A DNA stretch of 64,000 bases, from the NCBI GenBank assembly GCA_001179505.1, contig CDMY01000263.1, positions 62,001-126,000 on the forward strand, given 5' to 3'. Below the pieces are notes generated by a model. That model had not been told where the DNA came from, ran no database searches, and saw only the letters and a list, made by a program, of their open reading frames with translations. This stretch comes from Vitrella brassicaformis CCMP3155. Its lineage: Eukaryota; Protista; Chromerida. This document shows, in pieces, positions 48,426 through 64,000 of the stretch (its first letter is position 1; each line of letters starts with the position of its first letter). The translations under genes were made by a program, and so were the position numbers.

Positions 48426-49965
48426 ATGACGTGCCATGGAGAGAGGAACCGCGTGAGAATCCATGGTGACTTGCTTCGGTGTTTGCGTATTTGTGGTGGT
48501 GTGGTGGGCATGTGCGCTCCATGAATGCCCTGTACGAGCCTCTTCATTCATCCCTGCAGCTGCAGCACCGCCCATCAGGAGCAGCTCACATCGGCACATC
48601 CGATCAGCCATCACGCGACGCGAAGCGCTGAAGCCCAAGCCGTCCAGTCGAGGCTCAATGACCGCACAGGAGTTGACAGGCCCTCTCTGGGTGAAGCAGA
48701 GGTTTGCGGAGTTTGCGAAGCTCTGTGCGAGATCTGGTGGGCAAGGTGAGATCTGGTGGGCAGGCAGCACCAGTTGGAGTGAACAGAAGTCCCCTCCGAA
48801 GCACCCAGACGACAAGGTGCGGTATTTGTGGAAGCTGGCTCACACCATGTCGTACCCTCCCCCCTCTCTTTCTCTCTCGCTGTGTGTCTGTGTTTGTGTG
48901 TGTGTATTTCCTGACTGGATCAGGCGCCACAGCTTCATGTCGACGCTTCTGTGTCAAGACCTCGAGTCACGAGGTCGGAGGTGGTCAGGGCCAACCGAGA
49001 AAAGCCGCTGCCGAAGGTCGTGGTGCCGCCGGAGCTGCGTCAGTACATCCATGATGCCGCAGTTGACCCATACTTGATCGATGACACGTGAGTGGGTCAG
49101 TGGGCAGGTGCACTGGTATGTCATGTGTGTGGTGCGGTTGGCGTCCGTGTGATTGATAGGTATGGTAAATTGAGGTACCGGCAGTGGACAGTCACTCACG
49201 AGGGCTATTTCTTCTGGCCCTTGGTAGGCATTGATTGCAGTCAGGCAGACTGATGACAGACAGACAGACAGACAGATCCACACACAGACGCGTGCCTGGC
49301 CATATCATACATACATCATACGTGTGTGTGTGTCTGTTCGTCACTGACTCACTTACTTACTGACCGTCATTCATTCATGTCATGCAGATACATGAGTTGG
49401 TGCGTCAGACCGAGTGGCGTGTCGTCGTGTGGTGTGCTGACGGACCTGATGACAAACGCGACGTCGATATCGAATACGGAACGGCTGACGAGTACAACCT
49501 GTTTCTCATTGAGAAGGATGGCCTCAACGTCTCCCTCGACATCGACAGCGATCGGTAAGCGACCGCAGCGCATTCGCCTTCACATATATGTATCGATTTA
49601 TGCCACATTCATTCCATGCGTCTGCCAGGAACTTCAAGTTCGACGGGACGTTGTTTGCCGTTCTGAAGGGTATCGTTGGATGTCGCAAGGGTTGGGCCGA
49701 CCTCCGATGGCTCGTGCGTCTCCACGGCATCAAGCAGTGTGCCAGTGTTGTCGGCAAGAGGTGGCGCTTTTACTACTACGACCAAGAGACGGACGAGTTC
49801 ATGAAGTCTATGAATGATGTCCTGCTGACCCCACGGACTGGGCCCAGAGGGATTGGCGCCCAGAGGGTTATCGACTATATTCTAGACCGCCTCGAGCACC
49901 CACACAACGTGAAACAAGAGCCTGACGGACCTGGCATGGCGAGTAAGTATGGCGTGACTCACTGA
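48426..49965 (+). CDS. Hypothetical ~342-aa protein with a C-terminal alpha/beta domain
   Basis: Phase-consistent exons 48426-48465, 48560-48816, 48924-49087, 49160-49223, 49388-49554 and 49629-49965. The start is uncertain, and a possible extra donor at about 49944 makes the end uncertain. Confidence 0.6.
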
Positions 49966-50367
49966 CCCTCAAGATAGACAACAGGCAGGCCGTCTGGTAG
50001 GTGGGTGGGTGATTGTTTTGTGCATGTATGTACATAAATGGGGGGTGGCTAGGTCGGCCAAAAGGAAGGAAGAAAGGAGCAGGAAGCCGGTCGGCAGGGT
50101 GTTGCTGCCGGTCGTGTTGAGATGAAGGGACGAGTTTACCGAATTTACAGTACGGCCAGGGCAGCCCTCCTTCCGCGGCGAGAGGATGCGAAGGATACGT
50201 ATATGGATGGATGGATGACTTCTCGTCGTAACGCACACACGAACAATCAAACAACTCACAGATCCACGGTGCACAAGGCACATGCACAGCTGACACGTAC
50301 ACTTGGGTAGTGGCACTGCCTCATGTGCCACCCATCCCATCCCTCCACCATCCATCCATAGCCTCCT

Positions 50368-52229
50368 TCATGTAGCAACTTGGGAGGGCAAGACAGAATT
50401 GTAGTGCTCACCTGAAAGCGAAAAACAGACCAACAGACAAAACAGAGACAACCGTGGCGGCGTGTGCACATCCATGTCCGTCCCTCCGTCCGGTTGTGTG
50501 TGTGCGTGTGTCTAATCTGTCTGCATGGAGTATGTCAGTACCCACCCACCCACCCAATGCGAATAGATGTCTGTGGTATGAGACCCTGAGGGGCTGTGTG
50601 CGGCCCCCGTCGATGAGGTCCTCCCCGTAGGTGATACTAGGCTTGTCGATGCCACAGTACACCCTGATAGGCAGCCGCATGGCCTCGCTCAGCGCTCGCA
50701 GCTCCAGGTCACCGCCCCAAGCAGCCGTCTCCGCCACCTCATCGCAGTAACGCTCGAAAGATGCTGCCATACAATGCAAACCACACCACACAGCCATTGT
50801 GATAAATGGACCGACGTATGCCGTGCGCTACGCTTATTTGTGGAGTACAGTACGTCTGCCGTTCCTTGCGACATACATGCATACATACATACCATCGTCG
50901 GTCAGATTGTCGTCCATAAAGGGCAGGAATTCGTCCCTGTGCTTCCGGATGTAGTCTGCGGCCATCCGCCGGAGTTGCACGTGTGTGTAGGCCTGGTCTG
51001 CCCCCCCGCCCACCCCGATCCCCTCTCCGCCCGACACACTCCCCTGGTACAGCCGCAGCTGGTGCTCCAGGGCTCTGATATATGAACCAACCAAGAACAA
51101 GCACACACACACACATAAGGCAGGAAGGAAGACGATGAGAGGAGGGCTGGTCGAATACCTACCTACTTACCTGTAGAGGCAGTTTCCATCTGAGGGTATG
51201 TTGTGTATGGCAAGTGCCTCCATCTGCAGCTGCTTGACAATGGCATCCATCTCCAACGCACCTAAGTCGTCGCAACCTGCATAAAATCCATCCATCCATC
51301 CGTTGTGGACGGCAGACAGAGTGCTTAGTGTATTGACGGCAGGCAAGGCATGGCATGGCATGGTGGGGGTGAGCGAGGTAGGTAGGCAGGGGCGGCCACT
51401 CAGAGAGAAGATTAGCAAAGTGGTCTTCTCGTCAAGTAAGTGCGAGGCACACACCTTCAGGCTACACCAAACTGACTCTCATCCTCGGAGCCCTCCCCTC
51501 GCCCTCGCTCACGGCAGTCAGGTATCTACCTGACTCCATGTCTGCCTGTCTGCCTGCCTGCCTGCCTGCCTGTCCGCCCGGTCTACCTCTCTGTCACTCT
51601 CGTCTCAGATATCCCGTTCTGAAGCTGGCTTGTCGCGTGAACCGTCCATCCACCCACCTGCGACGGATGCGAGTATTTCGTTCCTCTTATCCTGTTCCCG
51701 CTGCTGCTTCCTCTGCCTCTTCTTCTGTGCCTTGGAAATCTCCCCAGACCCATACACAAACTTCCCTTTCTCGCCATCAGTCCCTTCCGCTTCTGCAGCC
51801 GCCGACGGCTCATCCGACCCCATATCCCCCGCAACGGGGGTCGCTGCTGATGCCCCACATGTGGGGCTGTTCTTGTCGGTGTGGTTGGGCGGGTCCGGCA
51901 CCCCATTGGACGGGTGGTGGGGGGGCTGTGAGGCGTTGGAGTTGAGCTCCTCAGCATGGCGCCTTAGCATCTGCGCTTCCAGCTCCCTATACGTGGCATC
52001 CACCTCTCGTTTCTCCGCCTTGCTCTTGAGCTTCGAAGTCTCACGCTTCTGCCTGTCACGCAACTCCTGCTCACATACGTACCACACATGGTGCACCCAC
52101 AGGCAGAACTTGGTCGCCGTGCTGTCGATCTGATGTCAGTCGTCAATGGCGGACCTTGAGCTCTCTCTTCTGCCTCTGGGTGGTCCTGCCCACATTCCTT
52201 GATGCTCCGTCATCGTCAGATGACGACAT
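50368..52229 (-). CDS. OTUD6B: OTU-domain deubiquitinase, OTUD6B/Otu2-like
   Basis: Charged N-terminal coiled coil (ELRDRQKRETSKLKSK…QMLRRHAEEL), catalytic Cys loop IPSDGNCLY|RALEHQL, AAWGGDLELRALS and His loop YHRHLFALG|EHYNSV. Confidence 0.9.
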
Positions 52230-52777
52230 GACATCAGCCTCGTGCCACTCGCCGCGGGACCAAAAGAATAAAGCCTACAGAGAAGTATGCGCCGTGTGTG
52301 CCTGCGTTGCGTGAAAGAGCGGAGGGAGGGTCTAAACCTCAGTCGATCGTAGGTCGATCCGGGGAAGGAGCCGCGTAGCTAGAAGCACGAGAGAAGCAGC
52401 GGGTGTGGGAGTGTCTGGCGGACATCGGCAAAGCACGGACGCATCTCGGACGCATCTCGGACGTGAATTTTCCATTCGGTGAGTTGCGCACACTGACGGA
52501 TGTGTGCTTGTGCAGCATCTGGCCATCATCAGTTGTCGTCTGCTTGTGTGCCTTGCAGCTCTGGATGGCCATGGCTGGAGGCCTGGACAGGACACTAGCG
52601 TCCTCTTGATCAGTTGCAGGTAGTGACACACCGGCCAAGTGACCATTCGAGATGGCTGTGTGCACGGCAGGTGGCTGTCGGCTCTGTGAGTAATTCTGGT
52701 CCACCGCTAAGGTTGGTCGTCGGGTCGGCTGTTGTCGTCATCCATCCAGTCATTCATCTGGTTGACCATCAAGCGAG

Positions 52778-62104
<9,327 letters not shown>

Positions 62105-62366
62105 CAGCCAGGCAGGCGGGATGGATGTGGATGCAATTAACTAAGGTGATGCAACGAACAAGTCGGGACACGCTAGTGCGGCGTCTGTCTCTGTCTGTCC
62201 ATCTTTATACATGGCTGGATGCTATGCACGCGCATATGCATATCTATGATCGAGTAGACAGTGTGTACACGTGACATGACAATAATTTGTGAGATCCGTC
62301 GACGTCTCCCTGTGTAAATGCATGCGAGAAATGGGGGCGTCTCACAGGGCGGTCGTGGAAGCGGCG

Positions 62367-64000
62367 ATGGAGTTGGAGAGGGTAGCAGGGTGGAATGCGC
62401 GACCCCGGTGGCCGGTGGCAGCCGATCCACGCAATGGCACAGCCTATGCCGTCGGCGTGTAAGTACTGACTGGACAGGGGATGTCATACATACACTCCCA
62501 CCACGCATATGAGTGTGCATTAAATTTCGTTGCTTTATCTGTCTTCACGGCAGCGGCGCTGTCGTCGTGTACAGCTACAATGGCACCGAACAAGTGAGCT
62601 GACCAGAGAAAGACAAGGGTCACCATCTTTTTCTTTATTGGCTGCAGGTGTCGTACGAGGGTCACGATGACATGGTGTCTTGTCTTGCCTTCGCTCACGG
62701 CACCCATGACCCTGACAAGGCCTTGCTGGCCTCGGGGCAGGTCGGAGCCAATGCAGACGTCATCGTGTGGACTGTGGGCGCACCCGACAAGAGAGACGAC
62801 CATCCGCCACTCAAATACAGATTCAGGTAGCGTGAGGGATCTGACGATGTGACTGGGGAGGAAGGAAGGCTTGGCACTTGTCAACAGAGAGATTCATGGA
62901 CCGTCTGGCCACTACCGATGTATGTATGTATGTCAGTGAGCACGACGGCGGCATCCGTGATTTGTGTTGGAGTCACGATGACAAGGTGTTGATGACGCTG
63001 GGCGAGGATCAGCGGCTGTTCTTCTGGGACATGCAGACCGGTGGCATCGTGTGCTGGCTGCCGGCCCCCCCATGCACCGCAGTGGTTGCCTCGTGCGGCA
63101 TTTCTGTCAGGGACGTCAAGGGCAGGGTGCTGCCGGCCATGTACCAGTTTGCCGTGTGCGGGGGCAGGACTGTCGACTTCATCTCTCTCAAAAAACCTAC
63201 CGGCGCTGCAGAGAGGTTCGACGTCGCCGGCTCCCAGAAACGGGAATGGCTCTCTCTGGTACGTGGATGGGATGGCCCACTGTCTAACCCGGGTAGAACA
63301 GGGAGGGGGGAGCAGATAGCGAGAAAGAGAGACCCTGTATATCATTCACGCCTTGATGAATGCAATTAAGCTGCCAATGCAATGCATGGGCTCCACACCC
63401 ACGACCGGAGGAGCTCCTCCCTCGGGGCAGCCCAACCTGTGTTGTTTGTCAAACATGTGTGTAGGCGTTTGATGCGTCGGGAGAGTTGCTGTTTGCGGGT
63501 TCGCAGTCGGGAGACATCCATGTCGTTCTGGTCAAGACACGAGCCCTACTCTACTCAGTGTCCGTCTGCTCCAGGGGTACGGATGTGCGTACTTACGGAG
63601 GGGACAGAGAAATGCTCACCCAAATCGGCTTCACTTCAAACATACTCACTCCGTGCGTCTGTCTGTTTCTCTGCCATACATGACATGCATCCATCAGGTG
63701 TCCGCAGTCTGGTGGCTATGCCCACTGACAAATTGCTGTGCGGGGGAGGAGACGGGTGAGTGGGGTCAGTGGGTGGATGGGCGGGTGGGTGGGGCAATGT
63801 CAGTCAATCATCGGGCCGGGCCGCAGACAGCGGCTGGTCGACTCGACTGGCAGCATATATATAACCAATTGCTCCCTCTCTCACTCAGTCACCTACCTAC
63901 CGTTCGTCTGTGTGCATTCATTCGTTCATTGTTCGATGTTTTGATGTGATGTGTGTGTGTTGCAATGCATGTGCAGTTCGTTGACGATGCTGACGATAAT
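62367..64000 (+). CDS. WD40-repeat protein, CFAP52/WDR16-like (5' part, runs off the window)
   Basis: MELERVAGWNAR…, SYEGHDDMVSCLAF…LLASGQVGANADVIVW, EHDGGIRDLCWSHDDKVLMTLGEDQRLFFWDMQTG, LFAGSQSGDI. The overall pattern resembles the CFAP52 N-terminus as recalled. Confidence 0.7.

Noticed and set aside
48151-48522. 123-aa minus-strand ORF between the two orphan genes
   Set aside because: It overlaps the modelled first exon and intron of the plus-strand gene and has no motif or supporting exon chain; probably chance, though not excluded.
48729-48762. GAGATCTGGTGGGCA repeated at 19-bp period; also CGGACGCATCT x2 at about 52435-52460
   Set aside because: Very short local duplications with no evident consequence.

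Overview
Intron-dense eukaryotic genomic DNA. The introns are short to medium GT-AG introns full of (CA)n/(GACA)n/(TG)n/(TCTG)n repeats, and there are four 300-N scaffold gaps. Intron style and gene content suggest a chromerid alveolate such as Vitrella brassicaformis (inference, not verified). I hand-spliced 14 protein-coding genes: MSH5 (-); a secreted Lys/Pro/Tyr repeat polyprotein (+); a secreted bacterial-type propeller-like protein (-); a Cys/Tyr-rich oocyst-wall-like protein (-); a PKA regulatory-subunit-like protein (+); eRF3 (-); a WNK kinase (+); a small orphan (-); PIKfyve/FAB1 (-); a small Zn-finger protein (+); two orphans (+); an OTUD6B-like deubiquitinase (-); a CHD/Mi-2-type remodeller (+); plus the 5' part of a CFAP52-like WD40 gene (+). 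I recognised no rRNA, tRNA, CRISPR array or transposon ORF. Most notable findings: (1) a silaffin/extensin-like polyprotein built from 389-bp exon+intron units, in which RxL sites and acidic spacers flank 60-aa basic peptides; it begins a run of three secreted genes and shares a 210-bp divergent promoter with MSH5; (2) a PKA-R-like chain with one docking domain and three complete inhibitor+CNB-A+CNB-B cores; (3) a ~10-kb PIKfyve island with lower GC and tiny repeat-free introns; (4) polarised, mutually complementary repeats at the two ends of many introns. Exon models and homology calls come from reading the sequence and recalling motifs; no database search was run.
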